Assembly (NCBI GenBank): GCA_964485195.1
Contig: CAZAIK010000006.1
Span: 12,720 to 76,719, forward strand
DNA: 64,000 bases
Source of the DNA: an uncultured Methanosarcinales archaeon
GTDB taxonomy: Archaea > Nanobdellota > Nanobdellia > Woesearchaeales > CAIVOO01
Reading direction: 5' to 3'
Shown here piece after piece: positions 18,685 to 28,116 of this stretch (position 1 is the first letter of the stretch; each line of letters opens with the position of its first letter). Below the pieces are notes generated by a model, which was given only the letters and a program-made list of their open reading frames with translations, was not told where the DNA came from and did not search any database. A program made the position numbers and the translations under genes.

Positions 18685-19601
18685 AACTGAAAATACTAAG
18701 CATATCAAAAACAGAAAAAGGTTCACGGGATTTACCAAACCAGTTTAATGAAGATGTAAGGCCCGACCTGATAAAGCGGGCTGTGATGAGCCTGCAGTCA
18801 AACTCGAGGCAGAGGTATGGCGCTTACCCCAGGGCAGGGCTGGAACATCATGCCAAGATTTCAAGAAGAAGGAGTGCCTACAAAGGCGCTTACGGTCACG
18901 GCATTTCAAGGGTTCCCAGGAAAATACTGAGCAGGAGCGGCTCGCATTTCAACTGGGAAGGTGCAGTGGCACCAAATACCGTGGGGGGAAGAAGAGCCCA
19001 CCCCCCGAAAGCTGAGAAGGAATGGGGGCAGAAGATAAACAAAAAAGAAAACAGGAAGGCCATCAGGAGCGCAATTGCAGCAACTCTCAATAAGGAACTG
19101 GTTGAGGCAAGAGGCCATAAGATGCCTGTTCAGTACCCTTTCATCCTTGAAACAAGAATAGAATCAATATCAAAAACCAGCGAAGTCATTAATGCTCTGG
19201 AAAAATTGGGATTCGGCGAAGAGCTGGGGAGGTCCAGGAAAAAAATAAGGGCCGGGAAAGGAAAGACCAGAGGAAGGAAATACAAGAAAACAAGGGGGAT
19301 GTTAATAATCTCTTCGCAAAAATGCGAGCTGCAAAAAGCAGCAAAAAGCATAACAGGGGTGGAGGTCATCGACGTCAAAACCTTAAACGCTGAGAGCCTA
19401 GCGCCCGGGTCCATCCCCGGGAGAATGACAATCTTCACTGATTCCGCCATAGAAATGCTGGAAAAGGAAAAGCTCTTCTCGGATGAAAGAAAAAAAGCCG
19501 AGAAACCAGAACCGTCCAAGGCAAAGAATAGAAAAACATCTGAAAAGGAAACAGTAAAGAAGAAAACAAAAAAAACAGTGAAAAAGGAGACTAAGAGATG
19601 A
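18681..19601 (+). CDS. rpl4: 50S ribosomal protein L4 (uL4), K-rich C-terminal tail
   Basis: 306 aa. 4-nt overlap with L3; canonical position; lysine-rich low-complexity extension. Confidence 0.85.
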   Translation: MKLKILSISKTEKGSRDLPNQFNEDVRPDLIKRAVMSLQSNSRQRYGAYPRAGLEHHAKISRRRSAYKGAYGHGISRVPRKILSRSGSHFNWEGAVAPNTVGGRRAHPPKAEKEWGQKINKKENRKAIRSAIAATLNKELVEARGHKMPVQYPFILETRIESISKTSEVINALEKLGFGEELGRSRKKIRAGKGKTRGRKYKKTRGMLIISSQKCELQKAAKSITGVEVIDVKTLNAESLAPGSIPGRMTIFTDSAIEMLEKEKLFSDERKKAEKPEPSKAKNRKTSEKETVKKKTKKTVKKETKR

Positions 19602-19849
19602 GAGTTATAAGCTATCCGCTATCAACAGAGAAATCCATTCGTATGATGGAATCAGACAACACACTCGTTTTCATAGTGGACCGGCAGGCCAAGAAGGAGG
19701 ATGTAAAGAAAGAGGTTGAATCCATGTTCAAGGCGAAAGTTATCAAGGTCAGAACAGCTGTGCTGCCAAGCGGGAAAAAGAAGGCTTATGCCAAAATAAG
19801 CCCGGAAACCCCGGCGATAGACATTGCAACGCAGCTGGGAATGGTATAA
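19598..19849 (+). CDS. rpl23: 50S ribosomal protein L23 (uL23)
   Basis: 83 aa. Canonical position between L4 and L2. Confidence 0.85.
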   Translation: MRVISYPLSTEKSIRMMESDNTLVFIVDRQAKKEDVKKEVESMFKAKVIKVRTAVLPSGKKKAYAKISPETPAIDIATQLGMV

Positions 19850-19850
19850 A

Positions 19851-20561
19851 ATGGGAAAAAACCTGATACAGCAAAGGAGAGGGAAGGGAACATTTGTTTC
19901 CAGGACGCCCAACCACAGGTATGCGGGAAAGACAACATATTCCCAGATATCTGAAGGGGGGGTTGAAGGGAAAATAACAGACATAAAGCACTGTCCTGCT
20001 CATTCAGCTCCTCTGCTGGAGATATCCCTGGGGAGCGGAAAGAAGATTTTCATGATAGCCCCTGAAGAAAAAAGGGTGGGGGACATTATCACTTTTGGAA
20101 ATGAGACAAACATGAGTTCAGGAAATGTCTTGTCGTTAAAAAGCATACCTGAAGGCACCGAGATATTCAACATAGAATCAAATCCAGGGGATGGAGGCAA
20201 ATTCGTAAAGGCAGGAGGAAACTTTGCAAGGATAGTTTCAAAAGGAAAGGATTCTGTCACTGTACTTTTGCCTTCAAAAAAGAAGAAGAAATTCAACATC
20301 AACTGCAGGGCAACAATAGGGAGAGTGGCAGGAACAGGAAGACTGGAAAAGCCCCTACTAAAGGCAGGGAAGGCTTTCCATAAGAGCAGGGCCGTCAACA
20401 ACCGCTGGCCGGTTGTCCGCGGAAAGGCAATGAATGCTGTTGCCCATCCTCACGGAGGAAAAAGGTCTTCCAAGAACTTCACGCTTATAGTTCCAAGGAG
20501 CGCTCCTCCCGGCGCAAAAGTCGGGAAGGTAGCTGCAAGAAAAACAGGCAAAAGGAAGTAA
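19851..20561 (+). CDS. rpl2: 50S ribosomal protein L2 (uL2)
   Basis: Internal start [13 protein letters not shown]; C-terminal [14 protein letters not shown]...HPHGGG-like motifs. Confidence 0.9.
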   Translation: MGKNLIQQRRGKGTFVSRTPNHRYAGKTTYSQISEGGVEGKITDIKHCPAHSAPLLEISLGSGKKIFMIAPEEKRVGDIITFGNETNMSSGNVLSLKSIPEGTEIFNIESNPGDGGKFVKAGGNFARIVSKGKDSVTVLLPSKKKKKFNINCRATIGRVAGTGRLEKPLLKAGKAFHKSRAVNNRWPVVRGKAMNAVAHPHGGKRSSKNFTLIVPRSAPPGAKVGKVAARKTGKRK

Positions 20562-20563
20562 AA

Positions 20564-20947
20564 ATGGCAAAGAAAGAATTCAGATACAAAGGAAAGGCAA
20601 TGGAAGAGCTGAAAAGCATGAGCGTAGATGAATTTATGAAAATAGTCCCTTCAAGGATAAGGAGAAGCTTAAAACGCGGAATTCCTGAGCAGCATAAAAA
20701 AGTGCTGGAAAAAGTGAGGAAAGGGAAGAAAAACATCAAAACCCATTGCAGGGACATGGTAGTGTTTCCTGAAATGGTAGGGCACGTCATTAAGATCCAT
20801 ACGGGAAAGGAATTCATGCCTATTACAATCCAGGAGGGGATGATAGGGCATATGCTTGGTGAATTAGCCATGACAAGGAAAAGGATAGCCCACAGCTCTC
20901 CGGGTGTAGGCGCCACAAAATCGAGCGCATCAATGTCATTGAAGTAA
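20564..20947 (+). CDS. rps19: 30S ribosomal protein S19 (uS19)
   Basis: 127 aa. [11 protein letters not shown]...GHMLGEFA signature. Confidence 0.9.
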   Translation: MAKKEFRYKGKAMEELKSMSVDEFMKIVPSRIRRSLKRGIPEQHKKVLEKVRKGKKNIKTHCRDMVVFPEMVGHVIKIHTGKEFMPITIQEGMIGHMLGELAMTRKRIAHSSPGVGATKSSASMSLK

Positions 20948-20948
20948 G

Positions 20949-21488
20949 ATGAAACAAAAATACGCATTCCAGAAATTCAAGGAGGATAAGATGGCAAAAG
21001 CGTTAGGCAGAGATCTTGCCATATCCACAAAACACTCTGCCATGATATGCAATGCCATTAAGGGAAAAAGCGTGGAAAGGGCCAGGACCATCCTGACCGA
21101 AGCTATTAACTTGAAAAAGGCAATACCCTTCACAAGGTTCAACAGTGACAGGGGCCACAAATCCAAGATAGGCCCAGGAAGGTTTCCTGTAAAAACCTGT
21201 TCAGGAATACTTAAGGTATTAAATTCAGCAGAAGCAAACGGCCATCAGAAAAACCTGAGCAATATGCACGTCGTCCACGCTTGCGCCCATCTTGCTTCAA
21301 AGCCAATGCATTTTGGCAGGTGGAGAAGGAGGGAGATGAAAAGAAGCCACATAGAAATTGTTTTGTCAGCGAAAGAGGAGAAAACAAAACAGGAGAAAAA
21401 ACCAGAAAAGGCAGAGGGAAAAAAGGAACTGCCGGAAAAGGAGAAAGAGACTGAAAAGGAAAAAAAGGCAAACAAACAAGATGATTGA
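20949..21488 (+). CDS. rpl22: 50S ribosomal protein L22 (uL22), KE-rich tail
   Basis: 179 aa. Canonical position; C-terminal K/E low-complexity tail. Confidence 0.85.
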   Translation: MKQKYAFQKFKEDKMAKALGRDLAISTKHSAMICNAIKGKSVERARTILTEAINLKKAIPFTRFNSDRGHKSKIGPGRFPVKTCSGILKVLNSAEANGHQKNLSNMHVVHACAHLASKPMHFGRWRRREMKRSHIEIVLSAKEEKTKQEKKPEKAEGKKELPEKEKETEKEKKANKQDD

Positions 21489-22311
21489 AAGGAAATTCAT
21501 AAAACATAATGTAACTGAGCAGAGAATCAAGGAGTATGTAAATAACCAGCTGGGAAGAGCCGGAATCGGCAAGATAAAACTTCATTTGACTCCCTTAGGG
21601 GAAAAAATTGTTGTTCATTCATCAAACCCCGGATTGGTTGTTGGCAAGGAAGGAAGCAACATAAAGGAAATGACCCGCTTGTTAAAGAAAAATTTCAAGC
21701 TTGAAAATCCCCAGATAGAAATCAGCGAAGTGCGGGACCCCAACAGCAATGCGCAGATAGTGGCTGACAGGGTTGCCGGAGCGCTGGAAAGGTATGGTTC
21801 AGGCAACTTCAAGGGGATTATGCACAGGTCAATAAGGGACATACTCAACGCAGGAGTTAAAGGGGCTGAGATTGTGATTTCAGGAAAACTACCTGGAAGC
21901 AGGGCAAAAAGATGGAGAATACTCTCAGGCTACATGAAGAAATGCGGGGACATAGCAATAGCTGATGTTGATTTTGGCATAGCTATCGCCAAATTAAAAA
22001 GCGGGGTTGTGGGAGTGAAGATCAAGATTATGCCTTCTAACATAGTGCTCCCTGATACAATAATCATCCCTGAAGGGGAAAGGACAGAAGTAACAGAGGA
22101 AGAGGAACCTCAAAAGGGCGCGGACGAAAAAGAGAAAATAAAGGAAGAAGCTGAAGAGGAAGTTAAGGAAGCCAAAGCTGATAAAGCAGAGTCCAAGACG
22201 AAGAAGAAGAAAACCGCTGCTAAAAAAACCAAGAAGAAGAAAACCGCGAAAAAGCAGGCTAAAAAAAATGGCAAAGCAGATAAAAAACCTGAAGGGACTG
22301 ACGAAAGCTGA
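21481..22311 (+). CDS. rps3: 30S ribosomal protein S3 (uS3), K-rich tail
   Basis: Internal ATG (MIERKFIKHNV...) within ORF 21358..22311; KH domain GKIKLHLTPLGEKIVVH...VVGKEGSNIKE. Confidence 0.9.
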   Translation: MIERKFIKHNVTEQRIKEYVNNQLGRAGIGKIKLHLTPLGEKIVVHSSNPGLVVGKEGSNIKEMTRLLKKNFKLENPQIEISEVRDPNSNAQIVADRVAGALERYGSGNFKGIMHRSIRDILNAGVKGAEIVISGKLPGSRAKRWRILSGYMKKCGDIAIADVDFGIAIAKLKSGVVGVKIKIMPSNIVLPDTIIIPEGERTEVTEEEEPQKGADEKEKIKEEAEEEVKEAKADKAESKTKKKKTAAKKTKKKKTAKKQAKKNGKADKKPEGTDES

Positions 22312-22492
22312 ATTAAAAAGCAAGCTAAGCGAGTTGAAACTTGAGCTTATCAAGCTCAACGCGCAGGTAGCTACAGGCACTTCGCCCAAGAACCCTTCAC
22401 AGCTTAAGGATACCAAAAAAACTATCGCAAGGATCAATACTTTGCTAACCCAAAAAGAGGAGGAACCAAAGAAAAAGAAGAAAGAACAATGA
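22268..22492 (+). CDS. rpl29: 50S ribosomal protein L29 (uL29)
   Basis: 74 aa. LKGLTKAELKSKLSELKLELIKL helical signature. Confidence 0.8.
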   Translation: MAKQIKNLKGLTKAELKSKLSELKLELIKLNAQVATGTSPKNPSQLKDTKKTIARINTLLTQKEEEPKKKKKEQ

Positions 22493-22815
22493 ACGAAATA
22501 TGCAACAAATGCGGACTCCCAAAAGAGCTCTGCGTGTGCGAAGACATCGCAAAAGAAAGCCAGAAGGTTACAATAAAGAAGGAAAAAAGAAAATTCGGCA
22601 AGATGTACACAATAGTGGAAGGCATTGACCCAAAGGAGATCGACGTGAAAGCGCTGGTGAAGAAACTTAAAAATAAACTTAGCTGCGGAGGCAGCTTCAA
22701 GGAGGGAAGAATAGAACTGCAGGGTGATCATATGCCAAAGCCGGGAAAGCCGAAAGATGTCAGAACTGTGCTGGTGGAAAGCGGTTTCGCGCCAGAGACC
22801 ATAATAATCAAGTAG
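22489..22815 (+). CDS. translation initiation factor aSUI1 (eIF1 homolog)
   Basis: 108 aa. N-terminal CNKCG...CVC then SUI1 fold (GKMYTIVEGI...GRIELQGDH); canonical position after L29. Confidence 0.8.
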   Translation: MNEICNKCGLPKELCVCEDIAKESQKVTIKKEKRKFGKMYTIVEGIDPKEIDVKALVKKLKNKLSCGGSFKEGRIELQGDHMPKPGKPKDVRTVLVESGFAPETIIIK

Positions 22816-22816
22816 C

Positions 22817-23047
22817 ATGAAGCAAACACTCATAGGGAAGTTTGTAAGGGCAGTAAATGCCAAAAACCCCTCCCTTCAGGGAATTGAAGGAAAGGTGGTG
22901 GATGAGACCAAAAATACGATAACAATAAGAAAAAAAGACAAGCAGGAAAAAAGGATGATAAAAAAACAGGTAACCCTGGCTGTTGACGGCAAAGTCGTAG
23001 AAGGAGCGGAACTTACGAAAAGGATTGAAGAGAGAATGAAAAAATGA
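22817..23047 (+). CDS. RNase P protein component Rpp29 (Rnp1)-like
   Basis: 76 aa. Sm-like KFVRAV...IEGKVVDETKNTITIRK; canonical slot between SUI1 and S17. Short for Rpp29. Confidence 0.5.
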   Translation: MKQTLIGKFVRAVNAKNPSLQGIEGKVVDETKNTITIRKKDKQEKRMIKKQVTLAVDGKVVEGAELTKRIEERMKK

Positions 23048-23367
23048 AAAAAACAATAGGATTTGGGATAAAAACCCCTGAAAAAGAATGCAATGACAAG
23101 CATTGTCCTTTTCATGGGCAGCAGCCTGTGAGGGGGAGGTCCTTTGTGGGGATAGTGACCAATATCAAAATGAGGAGAAGCCCCACGGTGGAGTGGGAGA
23201 GATGGAAATACATTCCCAAATATGAAAGATTCAGGAAAGCAAGGACAAAAATAAAAGTTCACAATCCCGAATGCATAGATGCTAAGGAAAATAGTAAGGT
23301 AAGGTTAATGGAAACCAGGGCTATAAGCAAGACCAAGAATTTCGTGATAGTGGAGGTTTTGGAATAA
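23044..23367 (+). CDS. rps17: 30S ribosomal protein S17 (uS17)
   Basis: 107 aa. CNDKHCPFHG Zn motif, canonical position. Confidence 0.85.
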   Translation: MKKTIGFGIKTPEKECNDKHCPFHGQQPVRGRSFVGIVTNIKMRRSPTVEWERWKYIPKYERFRKARTKIKVHNPECIDAKENSKVRLMETRAISKTKNFVIVEVLE

Positions 23368-23769
23368 ATGCTGGCAACACCTTCAAGAATAACAAGAGTG
23401 CTGCCTCACGGCGCATACCTTAATGTATGTGACAATTCAGGCGCCAAAGTAATCAAATTAGTGTCTGTAAAGAGAGCAAAAACTGTTAAGGGAAGGTACC
23501 CTTCAGGTGGTGTGGGCGACATGATACTTGCATCAGTGAAAAAAGGAAGGCCAGAGATGAAGAAACAGGTGGTCTTCGCAGTCATAGTAAGGCAAAAAAA
23601 AGAATATAAAAGGCCTGACGGGACAAGGGTCAAGTTTGAAGACAATGCCGCTGTAGTGCTAAAAGACGACAAAGGCAATCCGAAAGGAACAATATTCAAA
23701 GGACCCATTGCCAAGGAAGTTGTCAAGAAATGGCCTGCTGTGGCAAAAGTTGCAAAGGTGATTGTGTAA
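23368..23769 (+). CDS. rpl14: 50S ribosomal protein L14 (uL14)
   Basis: 133 aa. VCDNSGAK signature. Confidence 0.9.
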   Translation: MLATPSRITRVLPHGAYLNVCDNSGAKVIKLVSVKRAKTVKGRYPSGGVGDMILASVKKGRPEMKKQVVFAVIVRQKKEYKRPDGTRVKFEDNAAVVLKDDKGNPKGTIFKGPIAKEVVKKWPAVAKVAKVIV

Positions 23770-23770
23770 A

Positions 23771-24157
23771 ATGACAGATTTTTCCAAAGGATGGAACAGA
23801 AGCAAGCAGCCGAGAAGGCAGAGAAAATACATATTCAATGCCCCTTATCACACAAGACACAAATTCCTGACCGCCAAAGTCGCAGAAGAGCTTTCAAAAA
23901 AACAGGGCATTAAAAAAATTCCCATAAGAAAGGGGGACAAGGTCAAGATTTTAAGGGGGCAGTTCAGGGGAAGGACAGGTAAAGTAAGCGGGGTAAGCCT
24001 GGTTGACTCAAAGATTTTTATAGAGGGGCTTGAAAGGACCAAAATTGATGGTTCAAAAGCGCCATATCCTGTAACGCCCTCAAACGTGAGCATTACCGAG
24101 TTAAACACGGAAGACAAAAGAAGATTCAAGCGAGGTAAAAATGAAAAATCAGCTTAA
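23771..24157 (+). CDS. rpl24: 50S ribosomal protein L24 (uL24, KOW)
   Basis: Internal ATG (MTDFSKGW...) of ORF 23762..24157; KOW motif KGDKVKILRGQFRGRTGKV. Confidence 0.85.
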   Translation: MTDFSKGWNRSKQPRRQRKYIFNAPYHTRHKFLTAKVAEELSKKQGIKKIPIRKGDKVKILRGQFRGRTGKVSGVSLVDSKIFIEGLERTKIDGSKAPYPVTPSNVSITELNTEDKRRFKRGKNEKSA

Positions 24158-24842
24158 CTCTCTGGCTGCGCCCAGGACGTGGAATATTCGGAGAAAAAAA
24201 GAAAAGTTTACCATGAAGCCGAAGGGGCCGCACAAGCTGGAAAACAGCATAGCTATTGGAACTTTATTCAGGCAGTATCTGAAAAATGCAAAGACTTCCA
24301 GAGAGGTAAAGGATATCATAAACTCAAAAGGTGTTTTGGTGAACGGCCACAAGGTAAAAGATGTCTCTTTCGGTGCCGGTCTTATGGACTTAGTTGAAAT
24401 CCCTGGATTAAACAAGAAATATATTATACTGATAAACAGGAAGGGCAAGCTGTGCCTGGTGGACACCGAACTCGACACTAAAATTGCCAAGATATCCGGA
24501 AAGAAAAAAGTAAACGGGAAAATCCAGCTGAATCTTTTCGGAGGAGATAACCTGATAGTTGAAAAAGATGAATCCAAGGTGGGGGACAGCGTGTTGCTGG
24601 ATCTCAAGTCAGGAAAGATAAAGGACAGCATGAAGCTTGCAGAGGGTTCTGCGTGCATTTTGCTGGGAGGAAGCCACATAGGGGAGTTTGGGACTGTAAA
24701 AGAGGTTGACAACAAGAAGATTACAATCATAGGGAAGGATAAAACAGAATTTGAGACCCTCAAAAAACTTGTTTACATAGTCGGCAAAAAAGAGCCACTA
24801 ATCAAAATAAAAAATGAATTTGATGAAAAAAGTGGAAATTGA
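24141..24842 (+). CDS. rps4e: 30S ribosomal protein S4e
   Basis: 233 aa. LAAPRTWNIRRKKEKF N-terminal S4e signature. Confidence 0.85.
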   Translation: MKNQLNSLAAPRTWNIRRKKEKFTMKPKGPHKLENSIAIGTLFRQYLKNAKTSREVKDIINSKGVLVNGHKVKDVSFGAGLMDLVEIPGLNKKYIILINRKGKLCLVDTELDTKIAKISGKKKVNGKIQLNLFGGDNLIVEKDESKVGDSVLLDLKSGKIKDSMKLAEGSACILLGGSHIGEFGTVKEVDNKKITIIGKDKTEFETLKKLVYIVGKKEPLIKIKNEFDEKSGN

Positions 24843-25329
24843 AAAGCTCACCCTTAACATAGGGGCTGGCAAGTCGCGGGACAGGCTGGAAAAAGGGGTC
24901 AAATTGCTAAAGGCAATTACGAATGTGGAACCTGTCAAGACTTATGCCAAGAAGAGGATTCCCGGATGGGGAGTGCGGCCCGGACTGCCTGTCGGCTGCA
25001 AGATGACTATAAGAAAAGGCAAGATGCAAGATATTATAACTTCGCTGCTTAAGGCAAAGGATAACATTTTGGAACCTTCAAATTTTGACGACGAAGGCAA
25101 CATAGCTTTTGGAATTCACGAATACATAGACATCCCCGGCCTAAAATACGATCCGGACATCGGGATTATGGGCCTTCAGGCATGCATAACACTCAGAAGG
25201 AAAGGGTACAGGATAAAGAGCAGGAAAGAGAAAAAAAGGAAGATTCCCGCAAAGCACAGGATAAACAAAGAGGAAGCTGTAAGTTTTATGGGGGAAAATT
25301 TTGGAGTTAAGCTGAAGGAGGAACAATGA
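24823..25329 (+). CDS. rpl5: 50S ribosomal protein L5 (uL5)
   Basis: Internal start [16 protein letters not shown] of ORF 24814..25329. Confidence 0.85.
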   Translation: MKKVEIEKLTLNIGAGKSRDRLEKGVKLLKAITNVEPVKTYAKKRIPGWGVRPGLPVGCKMTIRKGKMQDIITSLLKAKDNILEPSNFDDEGNIAFGIHEYIDIPGLKYDPDIGIMGLQACITLRRKGYRIKSRKEKKRKIPAKHRINKEEAVSFMGENFGVKLKEEQ

Positions 25330-25556
25330 GTTCAAGCGACTATAAAAAAGCCATGAATCAGCTAAACGCAAAGCCTGTAAAGGCAAAGAAGTACCTGAAG
25401 CACTGCTCCCCAAAAGAGAGGGCCACAGGAATAGCAAAGAAAAAGTGTTCCAGGTGCGGCAGAGTTGGGGGCCACGTTAAGAAGTATGGTCTTGATTTTT
25501 GCAGGCACTGCTTTAGGGAGATTGCACAGCAGATAGGATTCAAAAAATTCAGGTAA
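25326..25556 (+). CDS. rps14: 30S ribosomal protein S14 (uS14, Zn-type)
   Basis: 76 aa. CSRCGR...CRHCFRE zinc ribbon; canonical slot. Confidence 0.75.
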   Translation: MSSSDYKKAMNQLNAKPVKAKKYLKHCSPKERATGIAKKKCSRCGRVGGHVKKYGLDFCRHCFREIAQQIGFKKFR

Positions 25557-25948
25557 TGAAAATGATGAACGACATATTATCAAATGTATTGTCAAAGGTG
25601 TTGGCATACGAAAGAAACAGCAAAAAGGACTGCGTGGTCAAGTCTTCGGCCACGATAAAAAAGGTAATGGAGATACTGCAGAAAAACGGTTATATAGGCA
25701 GTTTTGAAGAAGTTCAGAGCATAAGGGGGGATAACCTCAAGATCAATCTCATCGGGAACATCAACAGGTGCGGGGTTATAAAACCGCGATTCAGCCTTAA
25801 GTTCAAGGATTTCATAAAGTTTGAAAACAGGTACCTTCCTGCCCAGGATTTCGGGGTTTTAATAGTCTCGACGTCCCAGGGGATAATGGAGCACCAGGAA
25901 GCCAAAGAAAAAGGGGTTGGAGGAAGACTGATAGCTTACTGTTACTAA
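25556..25948 (+). CDS. rps8: 30S ribosomal protein S8 (uS8)
   Basis: 130 aa. MNDILSN...GRLIAYCY ends like archaeal S8. Confidence 0.85.
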   Translation: MKMMNDILSNVLSKVLAYERNSKKDCVVKSSATIKKVMEILQKNGYIGSFEEVQSIRGDNLKINLIGNINRCGVIKPRFSLKFKDFIKFENRYLPAQDFGVLIVSTSQGIMEHQEAKEKGVGGRLIAYCY

Positions 25949-25949
25949 A

Positions 25950-26474
25950 ATGAAAGCATTGGAAAGAACTGTGGATTTGGGAGAAACCAGCGCTCAGGCA
26001 GAGAATAATAATATAATCATAACAGGACCGGAAGGCAAAATAGAGAGGACTTTCAGGGAAAAGCTTATAGAACTCTCTGTTAAGGACAATGCCCTGACTG
26101 TAAAAGCGCTGAAACCCACCAGAAAAGCAAAAAGGATAATGAATGCCGTGACGGCACATCTGAGGAATATGGTGAAGGGAGTGACGAAGAAATATTCATA
26201 CAAACTAAAAATCTGCTCAGGCCATTTTCCAATGAATGTTTCACTTTCCGGAAACGGGATCGCGGTGAAGAACTTCATAGGGGAAAAACACGACAGAAAA
26301 AAGAAGATAAAACAAGATGTTGAGCTAAAGCTTGAGAAGGATATTATAACTGTAACAGGGATTGACAAGGAAAAAACCGGGCAAGCTGCTGCAGAAATTG
26401 AAAAGCTGACCAGGATAAAGAACAAAGACAGAAGAATCTTTATGGACGGAATTTACATAATACAAAAGCCTTAA
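25950..26474 (+). CDS. rpl6: 50S ribosomal protein L6 (uL6)
   Basis: 174 aa. Canonical slot. Confidence 0.85.
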   Translation: MKALERTVDLGETSAQAENNNIIITGPEGKIERTFREKLIELSVKDNALTVKALKPTRKAKRIMNAVTAHLRNMVKGVTKKYSYKLKICSGHFPMNVSLSGNGIAVKNFIGEKHDRKKKIKQDVELKLEKDIITVTGIDKEKTGQAAAEIEKLTRIKNKDRRIFMDGIYIIQKP

Positions 26475-26475
26475 A

Positions 26476-27063
26476 ATGAAAAAACTACTGGAACTAAAAC
26501 AGGGAATGAAGAGGAAAAAACCGGATTTCACCAGAACAGACTCCCACAAGAAGGGCAAGCTGAAAGAAGGTTGGAGAAGGCCAAAAGGCCATCAGAACAA
26601 GATAAGGCTTCATAGGAAAGGATACAAGGACAAAGTGAACGCGGGCTACAGGACACCCCAACTTGTTAGATATCTGGAAAAAACCGGGCTGAAAAAGGTT
26701 ATAGTGAGCAATATAAAAGACCTGGCCAGCATAGACATCAAAACTGAAGGTGCCCATATCGCCGGAGTAGGATTGAGGAAAAAGATGGACATCATAAGGA
26801 AGGCGCTGGATAATAAAATACCAATTCTCAACATAAAGTATCCTGAAGCTTTTTTGAGAAAAGCGGAGGAAGGAATAAAACAGAGGAAAGAAAGGAAAAA
26901 GAGCAAGGAAATGAAAAGGAAGGAGAAAGAGAAAACCAAGGGGGAGAAAAAGAAGAGAGTGGAAGAAAAAGAGAAAGAAAAGACAGAGGAAGAGTTCAGC
27001 GAAGAAGAGAAGGAAAAACAGGAAAGGAGAGAAAAGGAAAAATTGCTGATTAAGAAACAGTAA
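26476..27063 (+). CDS. rpl32e: 50S ribosomal protein L32e with long KE-rich C-terminal extension
   Basis: 195 aa. N-terminal L32e core (GWRRPKGHQNKIRLHRKGY); about 70-aa K/E repeat tail. Confidence 0.8.
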   Translation: MKKLLELKQGMKRKKPDFTRTDSHKKGKLKEGWRRPKGHQNKIRLHRKGYKDKVNAGYRTPQLVRYLEKTGLKKVIVSNIKDLASIDIKTEGAHIAGVGLRKKMDIIRKALDNKIPILNIKYPEAFLRKAEEGIKQRKERKKSKEMKRKEKEKTKGEKKKRVEEKEKEKTEEEFSEEEKEKQERREKEKLLIKKQ

Positions 27064-27064
27064 A

Positions 27065-27595
27065 ATGAGACTTAAAACACAGAAAAGGATAGCTGCAGAC
27101 GTCATGAAGTGCTCGCCGAAACGGGTGAAATTTGACGGCACCAAGCTCAAGGAGATAAAAGAGGCCATAACAAAAGCAGATATCAGGGGGATGATAATTG
27201 ACAAATTCATCCAGAAGGAAAGGAAAAAAGGAATCAGCAAAAGCCGAGCAAGGCTCATCAGGGAACAAAAAGTGAAAGGAAGAAGAAAAGGGCACGGCTC
27301 AAGAAAAGGGAAAAAGACAGCAAGAACCCCAAAGAAAACAGAGTGGATGAACAGGGTAAGGCTTCAGAGGGATGTTATCAGCGAGTTAAAGCAGAAAGGT
27401 AAGATTGGGAATGATGTTTACTGGGACTTATACAGAAAAATAAAGGGAGGCTTTTTCAGAAGCAAAAGGCACCTTCAGATTTTCATAATTGAAAAGAAAT
27501 TGAGCAGGGAAGTCAAAAAACCAGAGCCTGTGAAGAAGGCTGAAAGGCCAAGAAAGAAGGCTAAAAAAACAACTAAAAAGAAAAGCGAAAGATGA
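27065..27595 (+). CDS. rpl19e: 50S ribosomal protein L19e
   Basis: 176 aa. MRLKTQKRIAADV...KRVKFD signature; K-rich tail. Confidence 0.8.
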   Translation: MRLKTQKRIAADVMKCSPKRVKFDGTKLKEIKEAITKADIRGMIIDKFIQKERKKGISKSRARLIREQKVKGRRKGHGSRKGKKTARTPKKTEWMNRVRLQRDVISELKQKGKIGNDVYWDLYRKIKGGFFRSKRHLQIFIIEKKLSREVKKPEPVKKAERPRKKAKKTTKKKSER

Positions 27596-28116
27596 ACACA
27601 AGATATACTGTGAAATTCAGAAGAAGAAGGGAAGGAAAGACAGACTATCACAGGAGGGTAAAGCTCCTGACTTCCCAAAAAAGCCTGTTGGTATTCAGAA
27701 AGCTTTCCAGAACATTAATCGGGCAGATAACGCAGTTCAACCCAAAAGGAGACAAGATATTGGTTAATGTCAACTCTAAAGAGCTTGAAAAATACGGCTG
27801 GAAGCTTAGCAAGAAAAACACTCCCGCTGCATACTTGACCGGATTTTTAATCGCAAAGAAGGCAGGAAAATCCAAAGCAGGCAATCTTATCGCAGATTTC
27901 GGAATAATCAATCCCACCAAAGGCTCGGTCAAGTACGCCTTTTTGAAGGGAGCATCAGATGGAGGGCTGAATGTCATGCATTCCCCTGACTTTTTCCCAG
28001 AAGAAAACAGGATAAAAGGAGAGCACATCGCTTCATATTCCTCAAATCCAGAATACAAAAACATAACAAGAATTTTCGAGGAAGTCAAAAGCAAGATAGA
28101 GAGTCAAAATGGTTGA
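27592..28116 (+). CDS. rpl18: 50S ribosomal protein L18 (uL18)
   Basis: 174 aa. RRRREGKTDYHRR N-terminal signature. Confidence 0.85.
   Translation: MNTRYTVKFRRRREGKTDYHRRVKLLTSQKSLLVFRKLSRTLIGQITQFNPKGDKILVNVNSKELEKYGWKLSKKNTPAAYLTGFLIAKKAGKSKAGNLIADFGIINPTKGSVKYAFLKGASDGGLNVMHSPDFFPEENRIKGEHIASYSSNPEYKNITRIFEEVKSKIESQNG

Noticed and set aside
21994-22863. 289-aa minus-strand ORF (also 21211..21585, 21245..21475, 21366..21572 on the minus strand)
   Set aside because: Antisense to S3/L29/SUI1. F/L/S-rich low-complexity translation of the K-rich tails on the coding strand, with no start context. Artefact.
24149-24763. 204-aa minus ORF inside S4e; similarly 53805..54563 (in pheS), 30058..30720 (in secY), 3303..4115 (in dnaG), 8715..9137 (in traB-like), 9653..10195 (alternate frame of M50-like), 20485..20967
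   Set aside because: Each lies entirely within, opposite to or out of frame with a confidently identified gene and has no independent motif. Six-frame noise.
26494-27258. 254-aa minus-strand ORF antisense to L32e/L19e
   Set aside because: Mirror image of KE-rich coding repeats (reads as F/L-rich). Overlaps two well-supported ribosomal genes.
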